The notes under the pieces are model-generated. The model was not told the DNA's origin, ran no database searches, and worked only from the letters and a program-made list of their open reading frames with translations. A program made the position numbers and the translations under genes. From Camelus dromedarius (Eukaryota), in NCBI RefSeq assembly GCF_036321535.1, contig NC_087472.1, forward strand, positions 100,070,001-100,134,000: a stretch of DNA of 64,000 nucleotides, written 5' to 3'. Of the stretch, positions 54,530 to 64,000 are shown in pieces; position 1 is the stretch's first letter; every line of letters starts with the position of its first letter.

Positions 54530-54862
54530 GGCCTGCAGTCTTAAGTGAGTAGTTCGTGGGACCCAGGTCAAAGTTCACAATAACTTGCATGTGTATGAGG
54601 TAAGAAGTAAATGTACGCACGCACTAATAACATGAGTCAGCATTATGAACAATAAGCATGTGGCACTAGCATGAGTCAGCATTATAAGCAATAATAGGCA
54701 TGCGCCACTAGCATAATAAAAGGACAAGTACGTATACCTGAGTGCGCGCCACCCGCTTGTCCTGCAATAAAGTGCTGCTTTGCTCCATGTGGGCTCCTCG
54801 GGCATTTTTCCAGTTGGGCAGCTCACCTCCTCAAATCCCCTTTCGGCCTCCTTCGGCTGACA
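54530..54862 (+). repeat. 5' LTR of the provirus
   Basis: Aligns to 58215-58506, has AATAAA at 54766-54771 and an extra ~39-bp internal duplication. The 5' terminus is degenerate. Confidence 0.92.
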
Positions 54863-54864
54863 CT

Positions 54865-54882
54865 TGGCGTAGCCGGCCGGAT
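54865..54882 (+). other. Primer binding site, tRNA-Ser
   Basis: TGGCGTAGCCGGCCGGAT starts 2 nt after the LTR end; 16/18 match to TGGCGTAGTCGGCAGGAT, the complement of the recalled mammalian tRNA-Ser 3' end. Confidence 0.85.
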
Positions 54883-54885
54883 GAG

Positions 54886-55400
54886 ATGAGTGCCCCTTCT
54901 GTTCCCCCTTCCTGTGACGGGGAGGCTCGGATGAAAACAATGTGGCCCCCTACCTCTTTATGGTACCTGGTGGCGGCTTACTTGTTGGCATGGGCCGCAC
55001 CCAAAGATTGGGATACAGTGCCCCACCCCGCACCAGATGACGTCCAGAAGGCTCTGGAGTTGTTGGAAACCAATGTCCCACAGGCCCACTGGGAGGCGGC
55101 CAGGAAGATAGCCTGGATGTTTTGATCGGTCTTATGCCATACCAGCAGAGGAAATAGAGAATTACAGATACAAGTGGAGCAGTTACAGCACAAGGAAGAG
55201 GAACTCGAGCAGAGACTCGGTATGACAGAAAGATGCCTGCATGGCTCCAGTTGCACCACTGCTTCGAGAGCGGTAAGCCCAGGCCCCCCCCACCCCGCCC
55301 TGTTCCGCTGCGTCTACGACCCGTGGTGCAGCAGCAGGTGAAACTGGAGATCCTGATGACCCTATGAAAGAAATTACGTCCTGAGCAACAATATACCCTG
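54886..55400 (+). pseudogene. ERV gag 5' remnant (stops, frameshifts, most of gag deleted)
   Basis: MSAPSVP...MWPPTSLWYLVAAYLLAWAAP...VQKALELLE directly after the PBS; in-frame stop at 55123-55125. Only ~600 bp separate the PBS from pro. Confidence 0.6.
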
Positions 55401-55489
55401 TTGCTGACCTCCCTACAGGCCCGAGAGGTGGCCCTTACTGATTTCCTCCCAGACTAGGGGAAAGGCCAAGGTGTCCAGGACGTAGGGAA

Positions 55490-55840
55490 CCCAGGCGACT
55501 GGAGGCCACACGTTAAACTGACTATCCACTGGTACCCCACAAACAAACAGCAGGCATTGGCATTAATAGATACAGGAACCGAAATTACATTATTGTATAA
55601 AAATCCAGATTGCTTTCGGGGACCGTGAGTTGATAAAGCGGGATACGGAAGCAAGCAAATGCGAGTTAAATGAGTGACTCTGACTTTGGGTATTGGCCAC
55701 TTGCCCCCTGCTGCACATAAAGTACATATATCCCCAGTAGCTGAGTATATCCTGGGAATAGACATTTTACTAGGATTGCAAATACAGACGACCCAAGGAA
55801 AATTTCACCTGAGAGTTCACGTGATGAAAACAGCTAGGAC
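55490..55840 (+). pseudogene. ERV aspartic protease remnant
   Basis: GDWRPHVKLTIHW...ALIDTGTE (DTG at 55569-55577)...EYILGIDIL, with in-frame stops. Confidence 0.88.
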
Positions 55841-55859
55841 AGACTACCTTAAAACTTGA

Positions 55860-57272
55860 GAAAGCCAGTATTATTCGGCCAACACATAGCCCATATAACT
55901 CTCCAGTGTGGCCAGTGTGGAAACCAGATGGCTCCTGGAGGATGACAGTGAACCACAGAAAACTAAACAGTCACCCCCCCCCACCCATGCATGCGGCTGT
56001 GCCAAATATAACAGACTTGATGGATCAGCTGTCCCATAAACTGGGTACTTGCCACTACGTGGTTGACCTGGCCAATGTATTCTTTTCTATAGACATAGCC
56101 CCTGAGAGCCAGAAAGAGTTTGCGTTCACCTGGAAAGGCAGACAATGGACGTTTGTTGTGTTACCACAGGGATATTTGCATAGCCCCACACTGTGCCATG
56201 GCCCGGTAGTCCAGGACCTGGCTACATGGAGCAAAACGGACACTGTTCATTTGTTCTGTTATACAGATGACATAATGCTATCCTCTGATTCTCTTTCAGA
56301 TTTGAAAACCAGTGCCACAGCTCTGCGAGAAGCCCTGGCGGGCTGGGGGTAAACCATAAACGAGGACAAAGTGCAAGGACCTGGATATTCTGTCGAATTC
56401 TTGTGTGTTGTCTGGTCGGGTAAGACAGAAGTGCTGCCTGAGGCGGTAATAGGCAAGATCCAGGCATATTCCCATCCCGAGACGGTTAAACAGTTACCGA
56501 CTTACTTGGGCCTTCTGGGATATTGGAGGGTGTTTATCCCTCATTTGGCCCAAATAGGTAAACCCCTCTATAAATTGACTAAAAAGGAAGAAGTCTGAGA
56601 TTGGACAGATGAGGCCAAACGTGCATTTGTAAAAACTAAGAGGGCAGTGGCCCAAGCGCAGGCGCTGCGCACTATAGATCCAGACCTCCCTTTCTGACTG
56701 ACAGTCCTTGTGGACAATGATGGATATGGTTGGGGATTATGGCAAAAGCATGGGCAACAAAAGGTTCCCGTAGGGTTCTGGTCTCAGCTATAAAAAGGGG
56801 CTGAATATCATTATTCTTTAATTGAGAAACAATTGTTTCTCAATATATATATATTAACAACTTATATATCCTTAATAGCCACTAAACCCCTGATGGGGAG
56901 GCAAGAGGTCCAGGTACAAACCACGTACCCCATTGCAGGATGGATACATACGTGGGCAAGGCAATCCCAATCAGGGACTGCACAGACCGCAACTCTGACA
57001 AAGTGGGGTGCTTACTTAAAACAGTGGGCCCGATACGCCACCAGCCCCTTGGCTGCAGAGTTGCAGCCGGTGTTAGGGCCTATAAAATTTGTTGCACCTG
57101 CTGTACAGACGCTCCCACATCAGGGAGTGGACGCCGCACCTAGTCCCTTTCGTGAAGGGAAAGGGCCACCCCCGGAAACTGCTTGGTATACAGATGGTTC
57201 TTGCAAGGGCAGTCTGCCCACTTGGGTTGCAGTAGCACTACATCCCGCCACTAAAGCGTTCTGGTATGAGCC
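55860..57272 (+). pseudogene. ERV reverse transcriptase, connection and start of RNase H; no integrase
   Basis: [49 protein letters not shown] (56260-56271), YLGLLGYWR, WYTDGS; several stops. Confidence 0.93.
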
Positions 57273-57274
57273 CA

Positions 57275-58205
57275 CTAGAAAAATTATTACAGGGAAACCT
57301 GCTCTGTAGCAGTACTTAAAAGGCAGGGAAACCTGCTCTATGGCAGTACTTGTTCATATAAAATGGACAAGTCTAAGCCCCTTCTGTATCGAGCAGCAGT
57401 TTAAACGCGAGGCCCCAAACCGCGCAGTGGGGTGGCTCCCCAAAGGGCTATGTGCCCACATCACTCACAATATAAGTGCCTCCACTTGATGGGATAGATG
57501 GCACATAATTGGCAGAAAACCTACCGATTTCCTGCTGCCAGGGTATCTATGGGTATGTGGCACCCATGGATGGTCACGTATCTCGGCTAAATGGACAAGG
57601 CACTGTACTTGGGGTAAAGCATACTTGCCTGGGCATATCCAGCCTACTTAAACGGAGAGCCCTGTGATTTGGGATCCGCTACACACCCAGTAACACCGTG
57701 AAAAGCATACAGCTTGATGGTTTTATCCCATGGCCTTGTTCCTCCCTGGTGCCAGGACCATCAGTATAAAGTTGCAGGTAAAAAAGCTTTAGCTCAACAC
57801 ATATCAGCTACATTAAATGTTACTAAGAAAGCCATAAAAAAATTATTAAATGAGACCACCCAAATGCGAGAGGAGGTCTTACAAAACAAAATGGTGTTAG
57901 ATATGCTCACTGCAAGCCAAGGCAGCACGTGTGCTATATTACATATTAAATGCTGTATCTATGTACCAGATCACCAGAAAAAAATAACTAAGACACTACA
58001 AAACATAGATCAAAAACTAGATCACATAGACCATGTAACTCAAAACCCCCTTAAAAAATTGGTGGTCATCCTTAACCTCCTCCTGGAGATGGGACCTAAC
58101 TGTCCTGGCCATTGTAGCTGCCTATTTAGATGCTGTTCACTATATTGTTGCTGTGGTCTTTGGGCACAGGGCTCCGCTCTATGGGCCAGGGTCCCCACGA
58201 CCTAG
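57275..58205 (+). pseudogene. ERV env remnant (end of SU plus gamma-type TM)
   Basis: PGYLWVCGTHGW...WTRHCTWG, ISD-like LQNKMVLDMLTASQGSTC and CX6CC (57879-57956), Cys-rich tail; frameshifted. Confidence 0.88.
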
Positions 58206-58214
58206 GGGGTAGAA

Positions 58215-58506
58215 TGTCGGCAGTCTTAAGTGAGTAGGCCGTGGGACCCAGGTCAAAGTTCACAATAACTTGCATGTGTATGAGGTAAGAAGTAAATGTA
58301 TGCATGCGCTAGTGACATGAGCCAGCATTATAAACAATTCACATGCGCCACTAGCATAATAGAAGGACAAGTGCATACACCTGAGCGTGCGCCGCCTGCT
58401 TGTACTGCAATAAAGTGCTGTTTTGCTCCATGTCAGCTCCTTGGGCATTTTTTCCAATTGGGCAGCTCACCTCCTCAAATCCCCCTTCAGCCTCCCTCGG
58501 CTGACA
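58215..58506 (+). repeat. 3' LTR of the provirus (TG...CA, 292 bp)
   Basis: Starts TGTCGG right after the PPT, ends CTGACA, AATAAA at 58409-58414. Confidence 0.95.
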
Positions 58507-58969
58507 ACTACTTTTTAATATCTGGGACTAAAATTGTGAGGTGGGTAAGATCCAGAGTAAAGGGCCCTTTAGGTTAACAGCATTTGAATGATTGGGCAGG
58601 CAGCCTACTTGGAGTCTATTTTCCAGGCCAACAGAATTTGATGCTGGTGCATCATGGTGCTTTGTCAAGGTCACAGAGATCAGGACTAGCGGGTCTCCAG
58701 GACATGGGCTCAGGAGGGCCATGCTCTTGGCAAATGGGGGCAAAGAGAACAAAATCAGTGATGTTTTAAGTAAGCATCTTCTCATCTCGATTCTGGGTTA
58801 AAACTACGCCTGTAATTAGTTGGGAATTGAAAATTTACATCCAACCACCGCTTTGAAAGAGCTTTTACCCTGCTTGAAAAGCCTTAAATTGTTTTGAGGA
58901 AAAAGGAAATTGAGGCTCCTAACGTTGTTCAAGTGGGAGGGAGGGCAGCAACAACAAAATCCTCAAATT

Positions 58970-59710
58970 GAGGAATCCGCCCTTCTTTGGGAGCTGCCCA
59001 AGGGGGGCGGCAGGGGGCGCTCTGCGGGCTCCTGCCCCGCCGCCCTTCCCAGCCCTCCCCACGCCCTCCGCTCGCCCAGGCCTCCGGAGCCCCCGCCTCT
59101 CGCGCGCGCGGGCCTTCAAAGGGCGCTCGGAGGCTGCGGGGCTGGTGCTTCCGTGTGCAGCCCAGGACCCCCGCCATCACCTGCCCGGAGCGGGGCCACC
59201 GGCGGGCGCTGGGGCCCCCAGCTCCCTTCTCACGCCCCAGGAGCGGGTGCCCGGGCTGCTTTTGGCCCCCTGCGGTTCGCAGCCGCCAGCCACTCGCGCG
59301 GAGGTGGGACAAGGAAGGGCGCGCAGGGCGGCCACATGGACAGCGGCAGCGGGGCTCCGCCGGCTGGGGCGCCCGGGGCGGTGGCTGAGTCTCCACAGTG
59401 CTTGCTGCCGCCGTGGGGGTGGGGTGGGGCGAGAGCGCAGCGGGGCCCGCGAGGCCGGCGGAGGGCGCGGGGGGCGGGGGAGCGGGCCGCGGCGGCCGCT
59501 GCGGGCAGTGTACGTGCGCAGCGAGAGCCCCCAGGGCGCCGGGCCGGCGGTCCTGAGGCGGGGGCGCGGCAGTGTCTGCTACGGGCCTGCGAGGCCGAGG
59601 GCGCCCACCTCACCTCCGTGCCCTTCGGGGAGCTCGACTTCGGGGAGACGGCCGTGCTCGACGTCTGTGACGCAGGTGAGGCCGGAGCCCCCTTCGCCCC
59701 CACCCCACTC
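58970..59710. promoter_or_regulatory. MAP3K15: CpG island / GC-box promoter of MAP3K15
   Basis: Abrupt very GC- and CpG-rich segment with several GGGCGG/CCGCCC boxes, spanning the ATG and exon 1. Confidence 0.9.
59336..59675 (+). CDS. MAP3K15: MAP3K15 (ASK3) first coding exon, 340 bp, with internal compensating frameshifts
   Basis: MDSGSGAPPAGAPGAVAESPQC...AGGPEAGARQCLLRACEAEGAHLTSVPFGELDFGETAVLD matches recalled human ASK3 N-terminus. Donor CAG|GTGAGG. Gene order after SH3KBP1 fits human synteny. Confidence 0.9.
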
Positions 59711-59987
59711 CTGCCTGCTTTCCTTATCTTCACACAAGCCATGGCACCAGCTCCTCCCCATCCTGCACCCCCTGACTTTTTCGACAGGACCGCCCTACCT
59801 TTTGGGGAGAGGAGAGTAGGTAGCCTTGTACCCTTTTACAGATAAGAAGAATAGAGGTCTCTGGCATTTAGATTTCTTTATTCTTCAGTTCCCTTTAACA
59901 TCAGATGATCCGAGAAACAGACGAGGCTGAACCCCCTCCTCACCGGTTATCCAAGTTTTACTTTACTATTCCTGGCGTTCCTTACAG

Positions 59988-60142
59988 CAGTGGGTCCCAA
60001 TCCTGGCTACACATTAGAATCACCTGGGGGAGCTTTTAAAACTGATGCCCAGACTGTCTCAGACCAGTGACATCAAAATCAGGCTTCAGGACTTCTTAAT
60101 GCTCCCCTGGTGATTCCATTTTGCAGCCAAGAATGAGAATCA
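59988..60142. mobile_element. MER5-family hAT MITE in MAP3K15 intron 1
   Basis: 'cctggctacacattagaatcacctgggggagcttttaaaa...ccctggtgattcc'. Confidence 0.7.
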
Positions 60143-61024
60143 GGTGTGTTACATTTGGGGCGGGGGTGGGTGGGTGGGGCGGGCCTCTTAGAAATGCCCC
60201 CAGTGTTCTGCTCCCAACAGACGTTGACAGTGGGGTTGTGCTCTACCACCAGTGTGACGGATGTATTTTATCCTATAATGCGCAAGCATTCGGGCTTCAG
60301 GATCTCCGTTGCCAGAATGGGACACTAAGCTGACTGTAATAAAGGTACCCTAAGAACCCAGCCTTAAATTGATACTTTTGGATGGCAAGAGTTCTTACAA
60401 GTGTGCAACGATTGTTGCTTGGCTGTTTTCCTTACTGAACCTTTGGAATCTGTATGACAAGCCTCTGGTCCTTGGGTGACATTCACAAGCATTGTATGTG
60501 AGATGGTAATTACCTGGCAGTCCTTGTGCCTTGTTTTCTCCGCTGGTCAAAAGGGAGTAAGACACCTGCCCTAAATCTAAAAGCTCGGGAGAAGGTTAAT
60601 GGGGAGCTTCCTTAAGGTGCCGGCTACACGTGCTGAAGTAGTAAGTTCGTTTATTATCATCCATTCTTCGCAGGGATCTGTTGGCTGCGGAGCAAATCCT
60701 CCTCAGCTGGAAGGGGGCGGGGTATCCGGCTTGTTCAAACAAGTGGCAGCTGCGCCCTTTGAAAACACTCACCTGACATTTCTGACCACTCAGGATATAC
60801 TTTTCAGCAGAACATCTTTTTAGAAAAGTTGTTCAGGAGGCCACTTCACCCGGAACCACTCAGCTTTCTCAACTTCTGTTTATTCTCCTCTGAAAATGGA
60901 GTTTGGACAAACTCTTCTCTGAATGGTTAAATCTCCCCTTTGCCATCAGGCACAACTGTAGCCTCCTGCCTGTTGCTGCCAACTCTGAAAAACTGATGTG
61001 CAATGGCTGTGTTTCTCTGGGGTG

Positions 61025-61100
61025 GTGTGTGTGTGTGTGAGAGAGAGAGAGATGTGGGGAGAGAGATGGTGAGAGCCGGAGAGCCGGAGAGCCGGAGAGC
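61025..61100. repeat. (GT)n(GA)n tract followed by an 8-bp tandem repeat (GAGAGCCG)x3
   Basis: Directly visible. Confidence 0.85.
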
Positions 61101-62024
61101 GAGCTTCGTGTACTACCAGGACAGCTTCCTTCTGGCTGAGCGTGAAGGTTCATTTAAGCAGAAATCTTGGGCTTTCCATTCCAAAGCTATTCAGTGGGCA
61201 CATCACCTTTTCTTGCTCTGGGTCCGGATTGCCTAGAATTTTTAGCTGCAATATGTACCTCCTTTGGTTGATCTTAGCCTGGTCTTGAATAAATCATTTC
61301 CCAGTACATCATCGTAAATAAGTTCTTTTCACAGTTTTGACAAAGGATATGCACAGCTCCAATAAGTAGGTTACTGAGTTTACACAGATGACCCTCCATC
61401 TCTCCTGGCTTCCTAATCTCTACCACTCACAGATTTTTGGTATCTCCACCAAAAAGATACAAATCTGTCACTTGGGCTTCTTTGTAAAAAGTTCTAAAAC
61501 CACACTATTCAGTTGATAGCCACTAGCCACAGGTGACGGTTTACATTTAAATTAATTAAAATATAATAAAGTCAGTTCCTTATTTGCACTTGTTACATTT
61601 CAAGAGCTCAGCAGGCAGAGTAAAGGGAGCATTTTCCCTCATTGCAGAAGGTCCCATCGGATGATGCTGCTTTAGAAAAATGGTTGTGGGGGGTGGTCTA
61701 CTGAATTGTTTCAAGTATGTTTTGAGGGGATCACAGATGTGAAATTTAAGCACTTCCTATCTATCTCCTGTTGTAATAACAAGTCGAGGCTGTGTTATAC
61801 AAGGTTGGATTGTTTTCCATCTCCTTGTAGAATTTGATGTGCTCCTTTGTGGGCCTAAATCAGAGATTATACATCACCAGTGCCTGGGTGATTTGATGGG
61901 CTGCAGAGGAACCGCAGGGAGGAATTCAACCTAAGTAAGGAGGCAACAATTGGATACTGTTGTGAAAGGAAACTGCCACAGGCACCATCCATGATGTTAT
62001 TCATAGATTCTTCACTAGCTTGAT

Positions 62025-62315
62025 GCGTCGTGTGGCATAGAGAGTGCCCACTAGGCTTCCATATATTCCTCCACATTTCCCAATCTCCCTTGCACTTGGC
62101 TTGGGTTCTTATGACCAGTGCTGCCCAATGAAATGTGAGCAGCATCCACAAGTGTCACTTTGAAAGCAACTGAGAAGGGTAGGTGGTACACCGCCTCCAC
62201 CTCTCTTTGCCTCTGTCACAGCAAACTTGAAAGTTGTGTATTCAAGATGGCAGTGAAGACCCTGAAATTTGGGGAGTTTGTTGTGGCTGCATAGCCTAGC
62301 TTATCCTGACTAAAT
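62025..62315. mobile_element. Old MaLR LTR fragment (MLT1-like)
   Basis: 'caatgaaatgtgagcag...gtgtcactt' and 'tttgttgtggctgcatagcctagcttatcctgactaa'. Confidence 0.55.
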
Positions 62316-63829
62316 TAGCTTGCTGTGCATTCTGCTGGAAATGCCTGGATGTGTCTCTCAACTAACTTTAATAGACTAATCCACATTGCTCCTGCTCAAG
62401 AAAGAGCCTTAAAGACGTCTTAAGACTTCTTATAGTTTGGTGCATACTCTGTCCTCACTATTCTGGAAAATGCATAAAGTTCAAAGGAAGACAGTCTTAT
62501 GGGACACATGGTTATGATGGTTGTAGAATGCACATTTTGTGTGCCATTTACACATGGTCAGGAGACTGGCCCAATCTATTTCCACCAGAATATAAGGGCA
62601 ATAATATAAGTAAACATTGGTGAGTGAAATCATCAACTTAGCAGTTCAAGTCAGAAACCTAGGAGTCAGTCTTGACTCCATCCCCTCCCTCATTGCCAAA
62701 TCCAGTCTATTTCTTCCAAATGGTTCACTTCTCCCTACTTGCCCCTTCCACCATCTTGGTCCAAGTGTTGGCTTCGCTTGTCTAGGTTACTGGCAACAGC
62801 TTTGGTCTTTCAGTGTTGGGCCAATCTTGGTACATTCTAGTCCATATCATCTGCTTAGAAGCCACCACATCCTGGCACCGTCTGCCACCTGGCAGTCCTC
62901 TGCCCAAAACCTATTCAGCCTTCACATCTCAGGTCTTTAAGGAAGCCTCCATGGACTCCTCCTCACTCTCTGTCAGCTTTTATACACACTGCAGTTTTCT
63001 TTCCTAGCAAGTAAAACAATTGTGATTAAATAATTATTGATTGAATAATTGATCTTCTACCAGACAGCGAACTCTTCAATAGCAGGGAACCAGATGCAGT
63101 TTCCTTTGCTACTCTGATTCCTAGGAATATCTATCCAGCTCCTTTTTAGAATAACTCTCAGTGGATACAGGTGACCCTTGGTTTCTCCTATTGAGATGAA
63201 GCAAAACTTGTTGGGTACCCTCAAAAGGAAATTCGAGTGGTTTCCTCTAGAAAGCATGTTGAAAATGATGGCCAGGTGTAGATAGAATGCGACTGTGATT
63301 TTATTAAAAAAGTAAGATACATCGTAATGACACATTTCTCGGCCTGAACCTTTCACCCAGGTGGTACGTATCCAGTAGAAGAGACTAGAAGAACTGACAT
63401 CAGGCACACTGGAATGGAAACAGTGGTTTGAATTGTGTGCTGTGAATACTCGCTCTTACTGTTCGTCCACATTTTCTGTAATGTTTATTTTCTAAAATAG
63501 ACATGAGATTTTATTTTGAGTAAGTGCAGTAGGAGATTAAAGATGGGGTTGTAAGTCAGAATCCTTCTTCCTCTCTCCCTCCCTCCTTGCTGGCTTGGTC
63601 AGGCCCAGGCAATGCTGACCGTACTCCCAGGGACCAGACCACACGAGCCCCCGGCCGGACCTCAGCTGTCCTCTGCTGGACTTGGCTGCTGGCTTGCCCA
63701 TGGGGGCCCTTCCCTGAGCCTCCTTCCTTTTGAACTGTTGTTACTGCTACTGATTCAGCACTGAGCCTGGAACTTTCCTCAACTCTTAATCACATGAACT
63801 GGCTGATGAGAGAAGCGTTACACCTGTAG

Positions 63830-64000
63830 CATTTTTTAAATTGAAGTATAGTTGATGTACAGTATTACATGTTTCGGGTGTACAATATAATGATTCACAA
63901 CTTTTAAAGGTTATACTCCGTTTATAGTGATTAGAAAATATTGGCTATATTCCCCATGTGGTACAATAAATCCTTGTGGTTTGTTTTATACATAATAGTA
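63830..64000 (-). mobile_element. LINE-1 3' end, runs off the window edge
   Basis: 'ttttttaaattgaagtatagttgatgtacagtattac...ttggctatattcccc' is a typical L1 3' UTR in reverse orientation. Confidence 0.75.

Larger units (their letters stand above)
54530..58506 (+). mobile_element. Defective class III (ERV-S-like) endogenous retrovirus, ~4 kb: LTR-gag-pro-pol(RT/RH)-env-LTR
   Basis: Two ~290-330 bp direct repeats ending CTGACA, a tRNA-Ser PBS, PPT AGGGGGTAGAA (58204-58214), probable 5-bp TSD ACTAT (54525-54529)/ACTAC (58507-58511), and recognisable protease, RT, RNase H and TM motifs. Confidence 0.93.

Noticed and set aside
57714..58205. 163-aa env ORF as a co-opted syncytin/suppressyn-like gene
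   Set aside because: No signal peptide or intact SU, degenerate furin site, and the membrane-spanning region is frameshifted (WWSSLTSSWRW lies in another frame). It looks like neutral decay.
58910..59845. 311-aa and 283-aa ORFs over the CpG island as separate genes
   Set aside because: Stop codons are rare in GC-rich DNA; these are MAP3K15 exon 1 plus flanks in two frames.
63057..63407. Minus-strand ORF starting MPDVSSSSLFY, superficially like MAP3K15 exon 2 (MSDVSRQPSLFY)
   Set aside because: Wrong strand and no similarity beyond a few residues; exon 2 is not in the window.
1..64000. CRISPR arrays, operons or other prokaryotic systems
   Set aside because: The sequence is intron-rich mammalian DNA; no regularly spaced repeat-spacer array was seen.

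Overview
This is mammalian genomic DNA, most likely from a camelid, judged from a vic-1-like tRNA-derived SINE. It is syntenic with the human Xp22 SH3KBP1-MAP3K15 region. The + strand carries the last six coding exons and 3' UTR of SH3KBP1 (CIN85/Ruk). All six have canonical AG/GT sites and matching phases, and together they encode the C-terminal ~233 aa. Further downstream on the same strand are the CpG-island promoter and first coding exon of MAP3K15 (ASK3). The rest is intronic or intergenic sequence with L1, L2, MIR, MaLR and hAT remnants; nearly all entries in the ORF track are spurious. Two things stand out. (1) A ~4 kb deleted class III provirus (tRNA-Ser PBS, ERV-S-like pol, gamma-type env TM) ends ~830 bp upstream of the MAP3K15 ATG in the same orientation; its LTRs carry a DR1 nuclear-receptor element and tandem NF-E2/AP-1 sites. 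(2) MAP3K15 exon 1 stays open overall, but its conserved middle part is scrambled across all three frames, which is either assembly error or real decay. I see no convincing wholly new biological system. Gene and repeat identities come from recalled sequences, not database searches.
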